Source: Yuukianura sp. NJ FZ-2021
Lineage: Eukaryota
DNA length: 64,000 nucleotides
Direction of reading: 5' to 3'
Assembly (NCBI GenBank): GCA_046563655.1
Contig: CM102286.1
Span: 12,834,001-12,898,000, forward strand
Shown here: positions 11,941-27,000 of the stretch, one piece after another
How positions within the stretch are numbered: the first letter of the stretch is position 1
Layout of the letters: each line of letters starts with the position of its first letter
Program-made: the position numbers and the translations under genes
The notes under the pieces: model-generated
The model's input: the letters and a program-made list of their open reading frames with translations, nothing else
What the model was told of the DNA's origin: nothing
Database searches by the model: none

Positions 11941-14900
11941 GCACTAGGGCGCTCTGCAAGATTTTTGGTAGCCCCCCTCTGCCCCCACTCTTTACTTTAG
12001 ACAACGGAAAGGACGGAAAAGGCGGGAAAGTCCGTCAGTAGATACGAAGATAGAAGAAGCTGAGTCGAAATAAGGTTACCGCCCGTTGCCATTTTCCAAT
12101 TTCCGTACCGTTACATTATTTGTAACAAGAAAAAGCGAACTTAGTTTTCTCAAGCAATAACAAATGGCATACGCCACGACAACCACGGTGTGTTCCCAAC
12201 GGTGTAATATTTTACTTTGTTTTTAGAAAAAAAAGTAACAAGTAACCGCCATGTTTCCCATTTCAAAATTCATCACTGATTATAATCAAAGAATCAAGAA
12301 AAAAGTAACCTTAACATAAACTACACTGTATCGGAAAATATTTTTTTTTGGTAAATATAGTAGTTAATTCTATATAGTAATACATTGGCATATAGGTATT
12401 TTACAGTATCCAAACATTGTGACAAAGGTGACAATTAACTCTTAAGTTAATATTGTTATTAAAATGACAAAGTTAATACTTACCGGAAAGTTTCATGCTT
12501 CTTGTCAATGGAATGCGTCTTGTCAAATGCAATCCAACACAATAATTATAAATACAAAGTAACAATTTTGAAAACTTTGCTTTCACTTTAATTAGTAGTA
12601 TTGTTGATTCTAGTTTTTAATTTCAGTTGATGGATTGAGCTATTTTTGAAATTGGACTTAGTAGAAAAAAAGTTTTCAAAATTTAGAAAAATATTCATTG
12701 TTACTTGATACAAATCGATGTTTCTGGTTCAAAATTTTCTTTTGTTTGTGAAACTTATTCAAAAAGTTGTCGAAAATAACAAGCCACTGGTGCATTTCCA
12801 CAACATGAAAGGCACAACGTTCAAAACATCGTTTTCCAAGTCATAATTTGAAACTTGTTTTCAAAATCGATTTATGATCCGTGAAAAAGTTTACACTTCA
12901 GTACACCTTTTGCTTGTTATAAAAATTTTAAGAATCGACTAAAGTGTGATTGGTTTATAAATTATTGTTTTCATTTGTAAAGAAGACGCTTACAAACTCT
13001 ATTCAAAAACAAACTATCTTGCGTCAAAAGCGTCGTTTTTCGTCATTTTTTATCATTTAAAGCGTTTTTTCTGTTACTTTTTTTAGACCAGGGGAAAGTT
13101 GAAGCACTGTTGTGTAGGGTTTCCAGGTAGTACTTGAGTAGTACAAAACCACTTTGGTTGTACTAACTTCTTTTGATGAAGTTATCCAACCATGTCGACA
13201 CAATTTTAGTCAAACACTTTCTCCATGTTCCCATCAATAGGAAGAGGGAATGTTAACTCACCAATGTGCAGAAAGAAAACGATTTTAGTTTCCCCGACTT
13301 TCACTTCTTTTGCGTTTCTTTGTAAAGATTTTTTGTCCAATTTCAAAAATTCAACCTTTGCCACACGACACAAGTGGAATCGAAGCTTGACTTCTTCAAA
13401 GTATTCCCTTTAAACCTCTCCAACTTTTCACTCCGCACCATTTAGTTTCAACAATGCCCTCAAAAACGTATTGTTAAAAATTTCACAAGTTGAACCACTG
13501 CAGATTGCACCTCAGCAGGAAATGGAGGGCACTTCAAAAAAGTTTTTCCGCAATCAAAACGTGCCCAACGTTGTGGTAAATTCAAAAATGGCAGCATGAA
13601 AGCTATGTGAAAAAATAGGAGCACAATTTTTTGCTTTGAATTGCATGAGTTGTTGAGTTCTGAATTTGTGAAAAGTAGGTGAACTTTTCTTTATATCAGT
13701 TTGAATTTTTTAGAATCCTAAATGAATTTTTGAGACAAGTGTAAATAAGTATGGAGATGACACTTCTGAACCACTTGAACCAATTTTTGATTGCTTCAAC
13801 TAATCAACTAATCGGTTGGAAAAGAATTTTTCAGAATTTGAAAATTTGAATACACGTGCCAAAAAGTGTCAAAGGAAATTCAATTTTCACAAGTTACAAC
13901 ATTCTATTGAACAGGAAATTTATACGAATCCTAAAAAGTTAGGAGTTCCACTTTTCATGTTTTGCACACACGAAAGCCTAACGTAACCTCGACGTCAACT
14001 TTCGACATTTGGAAACATAAACACGTTCTAAAGTTACACTTTGGACAAACATTATGCAGCAGTGCCAGAATCCACAAAAACTGAATTTCAACTTTTTTTT
14101 GGCAGTGGGCGGTTTTTGAAATTTTCAAGCTGGAGAAAGTTTTTTAAGGAGCCTTGACGTTAAAATATTAACGTTAAAACTTTACTTTACTGAAAATACA
14201 AAATCGATGAAAGAACAGCAAAAACCGTTTCTGCCACTTTTCTGGGTCGTTGTGTTTGAGTCTTTAGAGGAAAAATTCAATTCCAGCAGCAGAGGCTGTA
14301 AATTTTAAGGTTAGATGTGAGTTTTACAACCAACGAGTCAAGAAATGATTGGCATTAGAAAAATAAGGAAAAGACACAAGTCAAGAGAGAGTTGAAAGTC
14401 CAATTTCAACAAAAAGCTTCGCAATCATTCCCCTCCTTTTGTTGTTGTTTCTGACTCTTAGCTCAAATCAAAGTCGTGACAAGAATGACGTAATTTGTGA
14501 ACAGGTCGTAAATAAAAAAGACAGAACTCAAGCTGCTAAGTTGCTTTAGGTTCTGAGGATGTCAAAAATGAAGTAACTCTTGGTTTTATGTGTAGGGTGA
14601 AAGACAAGGAATTAATGTGCTGCCATTTTGAAAACTGCAGCGATCCACTTTCCTGTTTGGACATTACACGCAATGCCTTAAAAATAATTTAATTGTGGAA
14701 AAACCTATACCCGTCATTGATTTTTGAAATGACTCAAAATCCGGGTATTTTTCCACTTCCGATATTTACACAATAGCAGTTTCAAAGTAAAAATCCAAAT
14801 TCCTAAGAAAATCAAAATTTAAAAAAAAAAAACTTGGAACGCACTTCCACTTTGGAGCTTATACTTAAACCATTTTTGATTTTCGAAGGATATTTTCAAA

Positions 14901-17900
14901 ATATACTTTAACGCCGAAATTGGCACCAAAAAAGTGATATTTAGCTCAAAAATTGTTATTCATTGTGATTTTAACTGTCGGTTTGTTTTCTCCAAATGCG
15001 TATTTCAAACGTATCTACTTAAAACCTAAACAGTAAATATAGGTTTAGCAAAAGTTTTTCGGGTACATTGAAAATAAATTTTGTTCAAAAGAAAAAGCTC
15101 GGGAGAAAGTTTTGGCCAAAAGTTGTGAAATTAAGTCTCCCCTGGCAATTCAAATGAGCATACAAGAAAAGTTTTCTTGAGGTTCCTTGGATGGAGAAAG
15201 TAAACTTGTTTTCCTCCCAAAAAATATACTTTCTTGTGGCGCCATTTTGTGCCCGCGTTTTTCGTTTAGTTCAAAAATAGAGAAAAATCTTTCTTTTCCG
15301 TAAAAGTGACAAGTCTTATTCCTCGGAGCAATAAAATGGAATCAGGCGCTACCGTGACACGACCCTTCTGCCACACTTCCTTTTCAAGTTTCTGTCTTAC
15401 GTTACGTTGTGGCGCTACTTCCTTGCCATCGTTTCCTGTTTTCTAATGCCTATATAATAAACACCTAGTTTTTTTTTTCTTTTAGAAAGATGATGTTTTA
15501 GGAAACTGTCAAATTTTCCACATGTTCAGCCTCTTTTCCTTTTTTTTCTTGGAGCAAAAACATGTTTTGCCCAACTCTGTGTGTAAAAAAGTATAGCGTT
15601 ATGAGCTGAAATTTATGCTTCACAATTGTAATCATAAGGAGCCCTCTCTAGTAATAAACTATTCCCGTTTTATTGATCTTCTTCTCCTTTGTACATAGTT
15701 ATCTTCGTCCCAGAGGACCGTCTAGCCCTACATAAATCTCAAGCCCCAAAGACCTAGAAATTTTTTCGTTTTTAGAAAAAAAGAGCAGCGGAATTTTGTT
15801 TTTTCGTTGAAATGCTTTTTATAAAGTACGAGCGTCATAAAAAGGAGAAACCAGTTTGCAGAAATGGGCATAATAAAATATTTGTGTTTTGCAAGAAAGC
15901 AGAAACCATTTGCGTAGTGAATCTTGCGTAAGTGTACTTTAAAACTACTTCTGAAGTTGCATCACTTGCATCTGCTTCCAATTCAAAAAATCTCTGGAGA
16001 CAAAAGTAAAAGAGCAAATTTTAAAAAAATGACAATTAAAAAACAGAAAATTCTTGAAATTTTGGGCCGAGTTGGAATTAGAGTGAATAATTTTTGTTGG
16101 AAAATTTGGGCGGTTTTGGCATGAAACCCAACTCCGCCCACTTTGTAAAAATTCCAAACAAATTTTTGTGTCAAAGTTTATGATGTCTGCATGCTGTTTT
16201 TAGGTGTTTAAAATCTCAAGTGCCAAAGGGGTCCAAAAGAGTGAAAATTTGACAATTTGTCAAAATATGTTTCATGGGTGATTGCCAATGTTCAACCTAC
16301 TACAGTCGACTAACAAAATTATAGAGAAAGATACAATCTACAATTGCTACACTGCAATTTACGAGATGAGTTTACCACAAAACTCCATGGGGGCGGAAAA
16401 ATTTGAAAACTTATTTTTTACAACATCTCAGCTATGAAATGAGTTCAACTTTTAAACATGCTCACTTTTGTCTTTTTTTATCAGCAAAACTAAATTTTTC
16501 ATTGTTCTTTGGTTTCTTTCGACCAGACTGTCTAAAATGCAGGAGGCGAAATTTTTACTTCCTCGTAGAATTTTTTTTTAAAAAAGAATCGAAGTCAGAA
16601 TTTTTTTTATGGAAAGCAGCGTTGTGAGTCAGAAGAAGAACAGTCATGTCACTTGAACGGAAGACACAGAGGGACCGTAAGTGAGAAAATGTCATTCAAG
16701 CTGTTCCAAGTTGGCAAGTTCGGTTCAGTGTTCTGTTCAAATGAGGTTTTTGAAAAACCATCAGAGACAGAAGGAGTCAGGGGACGGAAGGACACTGACT
16801 GGAAGAGCACATATGATCTGAATAATATCCTTCACACATTCTTCACTTCCCTTTCTTCCGCAAAAGTCCCCTTTATTTCCACTTTCACTAGACTTTCTCC
16901 AAAAATGGAATTTAAGAAAAAAGTGCAGAAGGAAGGAAGGAGGGAACAAATTCAAGATGAATTTTTCATCAAAGACGAGCAGAGTGAGGTCTTTTTCTCT
17001 TTTTCCAACGACAGCTTCCTATTTTGAAAATCCTAAAACCCACCGGATTTTCAAATTTTAAAGTTTCAAAATCCTCAAATCAACAAGCTAAGGATATTTC
17101 GAACCGTATGGTTATATTTCACATGCTATTTGTGTGTTTTCTGATCGATTTTTTTGCTTTTACAAAAAAAAAGTATTTTGCGAAAACGGTCCTTGCGTTA
17201 ACGGCTTTTTCTGTGTTAATCCTGTATGTTTAGGAGCTTACCACAATTGCCGCTAAAGTTCAAATTTATGAGAATGTGATGGTGGTGATAGGATCGTGAT
17301 TTAAAGATTTTATTTTCTAATCCTACTATACAAAATCCATATGTGAAACGTACCAACACAAAAGTGGGTTTCCTGAAAGCTGAAATTTAGATTTTGGAGG
17401 CAAGCTTTTAAGGACGAGCATGTGCATGATCCTGTGTAGAAAGTTTAGAAGGTTTTTCTGAATGTCCAAAATAAATGGAAATACGCTGTCACTCCATTCT
17501 GCACTGCAGTAGATCCTAAACCAAATGCGCAAAAAATGTCCAAACTAGAATCTCCCACACACACTTTCCAGAGAAAAAAAAACTTCGACTGTGGAGTTTC
17601 TAAACACTTTCACAATGGAGTAAAAGCTTTAAAATTTTGCAGATGGAGAGAGAAAAAAGTCAGCCAGTCTTCCGCATGAGGAAATAAGACTAAATTCTTA
17701 GGCATCTTTTTCCACTGAACTCCTTTTTGAAGTTTTTATTTTTTTTCTTCGAAAAAAAAATCTGAAAAATCTAACATTTCATTGAAACGGAAAAGGAAAA
17801 GGCCTTTTTCTTGTTTCTTTTTATTCTGCTAGTCCTAAAAGTTCGCGATTTTTCTTTAAATGGACCACGACATTTTTATAGCACAACTCGAAGTAATATT

Positions 17901-19707
17901 GAAAAAGAAAATTTGAGTGAAAAAAATCGGTTTTTATATCCCTAAAATTTTCTTCGCTGAAGCAGAAACAAATCATTTCTCGGGCGCAAGTACCATCTTT
18001 TGCAAAAATTGGAAGCAAGGAAGAAAGATCTCTCCACTCTTCCAGAACTTTTTGCAAAATCTGTATTGATTTTCAATTTGAGTTTTGCTATAAATGTGGC
18101 CCATTTAAAACCATTCTTTTTCAAGAGTTAAGCACAAATGAGGTCAATTCAGGCGTAAATCCAAAATCATTTTTTAAAATCATTTTTAACCAAAGACTTT
18201 TTTAAACCAAAGCATATTAAAATAATTATATTTTTCTTAGTAATTCTCTGAGAACGAAAAGTGGAATTTTTCGACAAACCAATTTTGGTTACTGCTTTTA
18301 ATTTCCATTTTCGCCGCGAGTTTTTTGTGTTATTTTAAATTCATGTTGAGATTACCTTTGAATCCCACGAGTAACTTGGGACTTGGAGCTGCAAGCTAAC
18401 ATAGGTGAAAGCGATCCATTGGGAATAGACCAATGTAGTAGCTGGATTACAAGTCAAAGTGGATGTATGCGTACGCAACAGTGAAAAAGTAGTGAATTTT
18501 ACTTTCTTCTTGTTCCACTTCTTGTCTGTTTTTGCAAAACTAAAAATTCATCGCACTCCTTCCAGAAAGAGAAATACTAAACGGTTTTCTGTTTTCTGGC
18601 ATGTTTGCATTTTTCAATTTGATTTATAAATTATTTAACAGAACTACTTTTGCCAGACTCTCATGTACTCTCATGCCCATCTTCCAGAAAATTTAGCAGC
18701 GAAAGATCCTCTTAAAGCCTTTCTTCGAATGTGGAGCACGTGCTTCGCCTGAGAAGCGCGCACTCTAAGGGCTTTACTACCGACGGAAGAGAGAGAAGCA
18801 AGAACTATTCATTGGATTTTTAGAAGATGACACTGAAGTTCCGACTTCTCCATTTCTATACTAAAGGAAGCTAGGTGAGGAATTCTAGCTTCTAAAAAGC
18901 TTTTCTTGACTTTTGGAATTCTAGAAATAGGAGAAGGAGAAATGGAGGATTCTGAGAGTGGATTTGAACTGTTTGTAGAATATTGATGATTGGGAAGAGT
19001 GTGAGAATTTTGTTGGTCATGCATGTCAATCCCTTCGACAGGGGTTACGATAGACGTGGTTACTAGGTCTGAATAGCAACGGTGCCATGATACTTGGACT
19101 AGAGCCCTTACAAGACTACAATCTCTAGAACCATTGTCCCCTTTGACAATACGAACTTCCTTTTCCTTGCTTTCTCCTGGTGAAGACACTTTCTTTGTGT
19201 AGATCTATTGCTTAGATATTCTCATTTCCTTGGTTCTCTTTCTTCTTAAGATTTCAAAGATAGATTTCGTTTTATTCGACAAGATTCAGGGGGATTGAAA
19301 TGGAAATGGAAGATCCCGAAGGTCATGGTGGTGCTAGATTCCATTTCCTCTTTGGGAAATCTACATGCACTGAAGCGTTTTCTCCCGTGTGCCCTCTACT
19401 ACATTGTAACAGAGTCAGTGGAAATTGCTCTATTTGAAATTCATTTCCACTTTAAAGGATCTCCCGACAATACTGATCTGGAAACAACGTCCCTTGAGTC
19501 CCCCTTTTCGGTCTGGCGTACCTCATTCCTGCTGTACGTTCAATAACACTTAGCGGAGAACTTCAATTTGATTTTATAATTTTTAAGTGCGAAGATCTTA
19601 ACATTAACATTCAGTAGCAAATATGTTATGCGCCGCCGTTGCTGTTAAGCGAATTTATCATAAAAATGGATATGGATTTTTTATGGATAGCGTAAAATAT
19701 TTGTGAC

Positions 19708-19999
19708 CAAGGTTCCTTGACAACCAAATTGAACTTTCTTTAACAGGTTAGGCAATAACTCTAGTTTTCAAAAATTCTTGATTCAAACAATTTTTTCTAC
19801 CCTTTTTTGTTTTTCCATTTTATACTTTGACTTTGACTTTGCAAAACCCTATTTCTCTGAATTTTTGAATTCTATTTACTATACCCAGTGCTGTTGAAAC
19901 TGGACCAATTCAGTTTTGAAAATTTTTCCCAAAAAACCTAAAACTTGAATTATTGCCTCACCTGTTAAAGAAAAAGTATTTTTATGTTTATCAACCTTG
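19708..19999. mobile_element. MITE, CAAGGTT family (subfamily B)
   Basis: CAAGGTT...AACCTTG ends. Perfect 8-bp TSD TTTGTGAC at 19700-19707 and 20000-20007. Subterminal inverted repeat TTTCTTTAACAGGTTAGGCAATAA / TTATTGCCTCACCTGTTAAAGAAA. Confidence 0.9.
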
Positions 20000-20935
20000 T
20001 TTGTGACGTTGAATTTCCATTAAAATTACAGTAAATTTAACACGTTAAAGTGCATTTCTCAAAATCAATATTAAAAAAACCGCAAAATTTTTTTTTGAAA
20101 TAGAGGTGTCGCAAAATGTGAATCGTACTTTAGGGTGTTATGGGCGTCTCGAGGCAGAGAGAATATGAGTCAGTGAGTTTCAAAGTGCAAAATGAAATGG
20201 GCAATTGCTTTCACCCATTAAAATAATCGTTTAGAATGGGCTCGAATTTCAAAAACGAAGGGTACAGAGGGGGAGCCTTTCGTTTTTCCGCCAAGTTTCC
20301 ATCTAAATTCAAATGGGAAAAGAAATAAATGTCCTTTTGGTTGGAACCAGAAAGTAAAAGCTTTGCTTTAAACACTCATGTAGGCTAATCCTTTGCCACT
20401 GCCATTATAATACAAAGTGAAGATGAAAGTACAAAATTAGCACAAATCCTTTCACCCTACACGACTTACGTTAGGCAACCGTTCGACTACATTTTCCCCT
20501 CACAAATCCCCAAATCACGACTCTCAAAAACGTGCTTCCAACCCTGATTTCTTAATTCTCAAATGCAACTTTATTGTCCTATTTGTCTAACATTTCCAAG
20601 ACCTTAATCCTACACTTTAGCTTCTACTGACTTAGTTTCCTAATCCAAAAATGTTGACCTCACGTGACCTTTTTCAGAAATACTCAAAAAAGTCAAAATT
20701 CAATAATGATCTTAATAAAACAAAACTTTGTTGACTCGGTCACCTCAAAGTGTCAAAAGTCTATTTTTAGGGCCCCGTTTTTGTCGACTAAAACTTTCAT
20801 GGGCCAGAGATTACAATAATTGTGTAACCAGCAATTGGTTTTGTTCCACCCGAAAATTATTGACGTCGTGACACAAAAGTTTGGCGACGGCGGGAAACTT
20901 TGAAAAGGTTGAAAGAACACAAAAGACACACTTAC

Positions 20936-21026
20936 CACTATTTTCTGCAAAAGTGGACATGATTATGAAGTGGATGAGGAACGCAACTCCAATCAGACTC
21001 ATTGTTCTCGATAAGACGTGTGTCAT
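20936..21026 (-). CDS. Probable first coding (signal-peptide) exon of the Dpr gene whose Ig exon is at 3021-3331
   Basis: ATG in arthropod Kozak context CAAAATG. Encodes MTHVLSRTMSLIGVAFLIHFIIMSTFAENS+G with a hydrophobic core. A consensus gtaagt donor in phase 1 follows, matching the phase-1 acceptor at 3331 (G|GA = Gly). Confidence 0.7.
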
Positions 21027-24000
21027 TTTGGTGGTTCTTTTGTTCAATTTCCGTTCAGAGCGGCGTCCAACTCCAGGAGTTGCGCAGGAGGGAACGAGGC
21101 GTAAAAGTGTCAAGGGAAAGTACGAGAGGGTACTTAGGCAGAGACCCTTCAAATTCCACTCACTTCCGCCACAACCAAATGAATCAAATTCGGAAACCTC
21201 ATGGATTAGAGTCCTCCAATTTGGAACGTAGAAGACCATTGATACATCCAAGTTCCGTTGTTAGTCCAAAAACGGAGTCCAAAAAACTTTTTTGTTCCAA
21301 AAACTAAATTTTTAAGTTGAGTTTTCTAAATTTTCAGAATTTACACTTTAAAATTTATGCTTTCGATTGTAGTTCAATTGTACCGGAAACACGTTCACTG
21401 ACACTTACAGCGGATGTAAGAAGTTTGTCAAAGTTTTGAAAAGCGGAGTAGCGGATGTTAGATACAAAGAAACCGCGGCGGTGCAGAAGCGCGGGTTTCT
21501 TTGAAAATCAGAAAGTGTTTTGCTGAGCGTGACGCTCCTCCTTATAGCCTTTCAACAAACCTTGACAATTTGAATTTGAATTATGAACTTTAATGTTGTT
21601 GCAAGTTTAGTTTTTGAAAATTTGTGCTTGAAAGTTGTTTTGGGCTGCTAAAGTGTTGATTAGCTCCTGTCGCTTTCAAGTTTTTAGAAGAGGAACAAAG
21701 GCGGTGGTTGTTATTCCAGGAAGGAGCAGGCGGTTCCGTGTTGTTTTTGGCGGTGTGGTTTGAACTACTTTTCAGTTTGCCTCCTTGATGGATCCCGATA
21801 CGGTTCCTTTGATAAATGAATCTCTGCAGATTTTTGGTTGATCTCGTTTGGTATAACTCTGCTCTGTTTTGTGAGCCACAACAACTCTCCACAGCTTTCC
21901 CAAGTTAGAAAACAAGTCACAGTTGACGGGCGTTCCACTTTGTACCAAAGAACTTTGAGTTCCAAAGATTCTATTAATTTTAGCTTCGAAACAATACCCG
22001 TCTCTGTCTCTCAACTTGTTATTATTTCCTTAGTGATCATCATTAGCGAGACTAAAACTTAACTTTTAAGAGCCCCCTCTTCTGTTCAGCTTTTTCAAAA
22101 AAAGTTTTCCTTCTACTTGCAGCGTTCACTCTCGTCTCAAACGAAGTGTGTATTCTTGGAGGGATCTCAGAAGTGGAACTGAGAGGGTCGAAAACTAGGG
22201 TTGTAATTTTCAAAAAGTTTTTAGGAGATGAAGTTTGAATTAACAGCTTCGAGCGCTGCAGCGAAGAAACTTCCAACGCTGTACTAAAAAGAAAAGAAGT
22301 TCGAAAAGCCTGCGTTGATCCAAATCTAAGCCTTCCGTGTCAGAAGAACTGAAGGTGATTTATTTTAGGGTGAAAGAAGAAGGGTTAAATTTCCACTTTT
22401 TGGTGCCTTTTCTTTTAGTTTAGTTCAAGATAGACGTTTTTGGTGCGTCTTCAGTCGCTAAACGATTTTCAAGGCGGGATTTTCAAGAATCGTGCTGGAA
22501 CTGTGTGCGTTTCGCGTTTTTTTTGGAAGTACTGATGACTCTGCTGGCCACTTGGATCTTGTCTTAAAGAGGATCGAAATGAGAATTGGAGAAAGTGCAA
22601 TCTTATTTTGTTCCTCAATTATTTTTCACTTTCACTGTTTAACGACAACGGTTCGGCTGGAGTAAGCGTCTTTTGGACTGAAGCGGTTCGCTTAGAGTAG
22701 CGTTGCCTTTATTTTTCGATTTGCTTTTTCCTCTGCTTGGACTACTCGAGATGAGCGAGACAATCTGCAGTGTCTTCTGAGGGCACGGCTGGATCTTATG
22801 TAAGGTTCCTGGACTTTCTCCTGTTGTCTGGAAACACCAACAGCAGCAGCAGTAATAAAAGTCAAAGTCCAATAACTGGAATCTATGCTTTCTCCCTTGG
22901 TACTTCTTCCTTTCGAAATGAAAATTACTTTTGAAGTATCCAAGGAACAAAGGGAAAGAGTCTTGGTTTGTTTCTTAACCAATTGGAGTGAACGGCGCGG
23001 AACGAAAGGTTTTTGAAATCACTGAGGAACAAAAGGATTTTTCTGTTTTAAAAATTGGTTGTTCTCTTTTTAGAAATGAAAAAGGGGTAAAGCCTTGGTT
23101 GCCACTTTTTCTTATTTTTTTAAAAATGCTGCTCACATCAGCCTTTTTACTTCTGGTTGCAACACGTATTGAATTCCAGAATGATCACTTTCTCTTTTTA
23201 CCAGAAATTGTAGTTGAGGCTGAGAATGCCAAGATTTGTTCCTGGGAAATTTTCAAAGAATGTTATACTTTCCTTTCGGTTGGTGCACGGTGAAAGTAGA
23301 AAGGAATTCCAATTCAATTTGTTGGTTCAAATGACTGACACGGGAGAAAGCAGAACGGATGCAGAAATGAATGAATTCTGTTTCCACCGAAATCCAAAAA
23401 TAAATCTTCCGACGTGTGAGTGTGACTGAAAGCCTTCCGTTTCCTTTCCTAAAAACGAGAAAAGAAAAGTTATTGTTCTTTTTCTGCCTTTTTCATGCGT
23501 TCCGCTTTTCTTTCATGGAAATTGATAGCAATCATTTTCAAATTTAGTTTCTAGTACAAATTTTTATAGAACAAACTTAGAAATAAAATTCATTTCGTCC
23601 TCAAATAAAAAATACAAAGTTAATCATACATTTTTAATAGAATTTTTTTAGTTCTTAATTCTCAAGTTACTACTACTGAACACTTCCTTCATGACTGGCA
23701 ATAAACCGTTCGTCCAAAAAAAAGGAATCAAAGTGGAGTGTGTAAAAAATAGAATAAAAAAAGCGGAAAGTGAAAGTAAGTCAACCTGCAAAGCTGTAGT
23801 TTTGGTCTAAATCTAGATTAAGCTTCTCCCAAGTCCTTCCAAAAGGTGTGTAAAGCTCCACACGCAATCAACTACTCAACAGCTCAGACTCAAATTACAG
23901 CAACTCCACAGTAAAAGAAAGTTAGAATTTGAGCGGTGCCTATGTTAAAGCACAGCTTAGGTTAGGTAAGTCTAATAAAAGGCTACTGACGTAAACACTC

Positions 24001-27000
24001 AGCGGCGGAGAAATTTTGAGCTGGTGAAAGTGGCAGTGCAGAAAGAAACTTTTATAATTACGCTTCACAAGCATAATCATTTGGAGGAAGTAACTATAAG
24101 CTGATTGTCAAAATTTACCAAAATTAATTTAATTTTGAATGTTGAATCAAGGATGTCATCAGGAAAAAGAATTAAAGGTGAAACAGAAATTAATAAAAAG
24201 TGCCAACACGGTCACTTTTTTACTTTAATTTACACGCAAATTCTTCGTGTTTAGTTTACTTTTTTACTTTTAGTTTAGTTTAGTTTTACTTTTATTGTAA
24301 TGACTATGTACGTTTGTCATTTTACGCTAGGTTATGTTGGATTAATTGAAGTATGAAAAAACAGTTTGGTCTTTGGCTCGGTTGCGTTCAGGTTATAAGT
24401 CGCTAATACAACAAATTTTGATCCCTGTATAATTTTTTTCTTTTTGCAAAATTTACGTTGAAATGAAATTGAAAATCTGTAGTTAGAAAATTTTGAGCTC
24501 GGAAATGAATTGAGTGACGTTGAAATCAAAACTTTCATCAAAGCACTGCAGTGTTGACCTTGTCATCACCAGAGGCCTCAATTTTCTGACCTGCTTTATC
24601 GAAAATTAAATTGAGGGTAGCCGAATTGAACTTTCTCCTTTCTCCACTACATATTCAAAATTTTGATTAGAACTTTTGTTTGTTACCTTTGCTTTAAATC
24701 TACTTACAATTGGAATGGATTTGATTATGTCCTTGGACATACATTACTGAAAAGGGCCATGACTCTTCCAATTTCAGTTTGACATTTGTTTTGAAACTTG
24801 AAGCCCTGTGTGCATGGGAGCAAAGAGAGTTATTGATTTGAAAATTATGAGGTGTTCAACTAAAAGTTTTCGTTTAGTTGAATCCAGCCCATTGTCATCA
24901 ATATTATGCCAATGTCGTGTGTTCTCTAGTTTCTGCTTCGAGGCTTTCAAAGTAATTTTAGCAGAGGTTAGGAAAACGAAAACTGAACTGAATCAAAGAA
25001 GGGAATTATAGTAACAACAAGGAACCGAAAAAGTTGATTGCACGCGATTTCTATTCAAACAAACAATTTTGACCAACTTTTTTTTTAGTTTATTGCACAA
25101 ACTTTCTCCCCAGTAGTTGTTCAGTTTTTGGTCTCTATTTACCTTTCTAACCACAAATTCGCATAATAAGGGGAATTTGAACAATGCAGTGTAGCGTTTG
25201 CCAAATAGTAGCAAATAAGTTCGGAAAATAAATTTCAGTTTCTGTTACACGAAAATTTTGTGAACGTGTCCAACTTAATTTGTTGGTGTTTCTGATGAAG
25301 CTAATAATCAATACACGTTTAAAAAAGACACGTTCCTAGAAATAGTCAAACTATTGAAAAAATTAGTGACTTGGGCTTACTTTGATTCAAAATCAATGGA
25401 CTTGTTGACGACTGTGAGTCTATTATTTTTTGGTGACACACGAATTACTCGATCGGACGTCAGCAATCAATTGTTTCTAAAAATATAAATAATTTTGAAC
25501 TTTAAGTGGTCATTTCAAATTCAAATTTACGCATTATGCTATCATCGGGATTGAGCCAAACGAAAGCAACTTTAGCGTCACAATAACCAGCGTCATTGCC
25601 TTTCAATTCAATTTTCTCCAATACAAATAGCTCCAGTTTAGCGTGACGCTTTTAGCACTTTCAAAAATAGCGCGGCAAAAAATTGAATACTTTGTAGTGC
25701 TATTGCAATTTATTTCAAAAATAGCGCCGAAGAAAACAAATTTCAACACCAAAATTGTTATTTAAATTACCAAGAGATTGTTATCTTTACTTAAACTAAT
25801 TGGAGTGCATTTTAAGTAATTGGCCTCAATTTGTTAATGGTAGTGTGTTTCGTTTACCGTAAAATTTTGGCGCCAAATTACAAAAGTTTTTGAAGTGCAA
25901 ATTTGTCATTGATCTCGCCGCTTGTCTGTTTCATTCAAACGAAGCGTGTGAATGCTTTGCACTGATTTAATAACTTAATGAAAATACTAAAGTTAACAAT
26001 GGAGAACTGAGAAATGCAGGGACAAGCAAAACCCCAAAATGGTGCATTATGCCAGAGGGAACTTTGTTTTTTTTTTTGTGGTGAAATTTTGGTTCTGAAC
26101 GCTGTTCATGTCCTGCCAATTTATTCACTACCGAACAAGCCAACTAATACCTTTGGAGAGGTTTTACATTTCCCCTAGGATAATTTTATGCCATCTAATT
26201 CCCATTTGTATAATTTTAACTTTCTAGTATACTCAAACAACGAGGAATTCCTCTTGTATTTTGTACCACGAAATTTTTTTTTGTTCTGCTTTAGATTAGG
26301 ATAAAGGTGGTTTTTCAAAAATTTATGATACACCTACTTTCCCTTTCCCTTTTTGCTTTCTCTGCTTGCAGAAGTGGATTACTTTATTTCCTTTTTTGAG
26401 CAAAACTTTTTCCTCTCAAAGAGATACAAAGCATAAAACCATTTTGGTAAGGTTGCAAAAATTCTTTGTTTTTTTAACGTTTTTTTTTTGCAAATCCAAA
26501 ACTGACAGAATGCCAAGCTTCCTATTTTTGCAAAAATGTTTCTAACGTTTTTACTTATGCAAAATACTTTCATCCTGGGTTTCTTTGTGGCTTTACTTCT
26601 TTTTGTTCCGTTTTTAGAATTTTTGTGTATATTTTGAACTAGGACTTGAAACATCTTGGGTGTGAATAATTCTGTCCCAGTTTCCATTGTGATGATGAAG
26701 GAAAGAATCTTCTTCCTTTGTAAGGATTTTAGACTCCAAATCTTACTTTATTCTTCCTTTCATCCAAAGGAATCCCATGCATCTTCCTTAAAAGTGAAAG
26801 CATCTTTTCTCGCTTTCCATTTTGCAAAACTGAATGAACAAGGAGAAAGTGTAGCTTTGATAATAAGGAGTGTTCAGTTTTCAAAAGACACTCACTTGTT
26901 ACATACAGAATTTCGTTGTAAAATGGATACAAAAGTAAGTATGCTCCATTTTCAAAATTATAGAGGCATGTAACTGTTGCTTAAAATTATAGTGAAACGG

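Noticed and set aside
18809..19546. 126-aa and 83-aa ORFs inside the long Dpr intron
   Set aside because: No domain signature; consistent with chance ORFs.
21590..23429. Cluster of 66-103 aa ORFs upstream of the Dpr start
   Set aside because: No domains and no consistent splice chain; more likely UTR or regulatory sequence.
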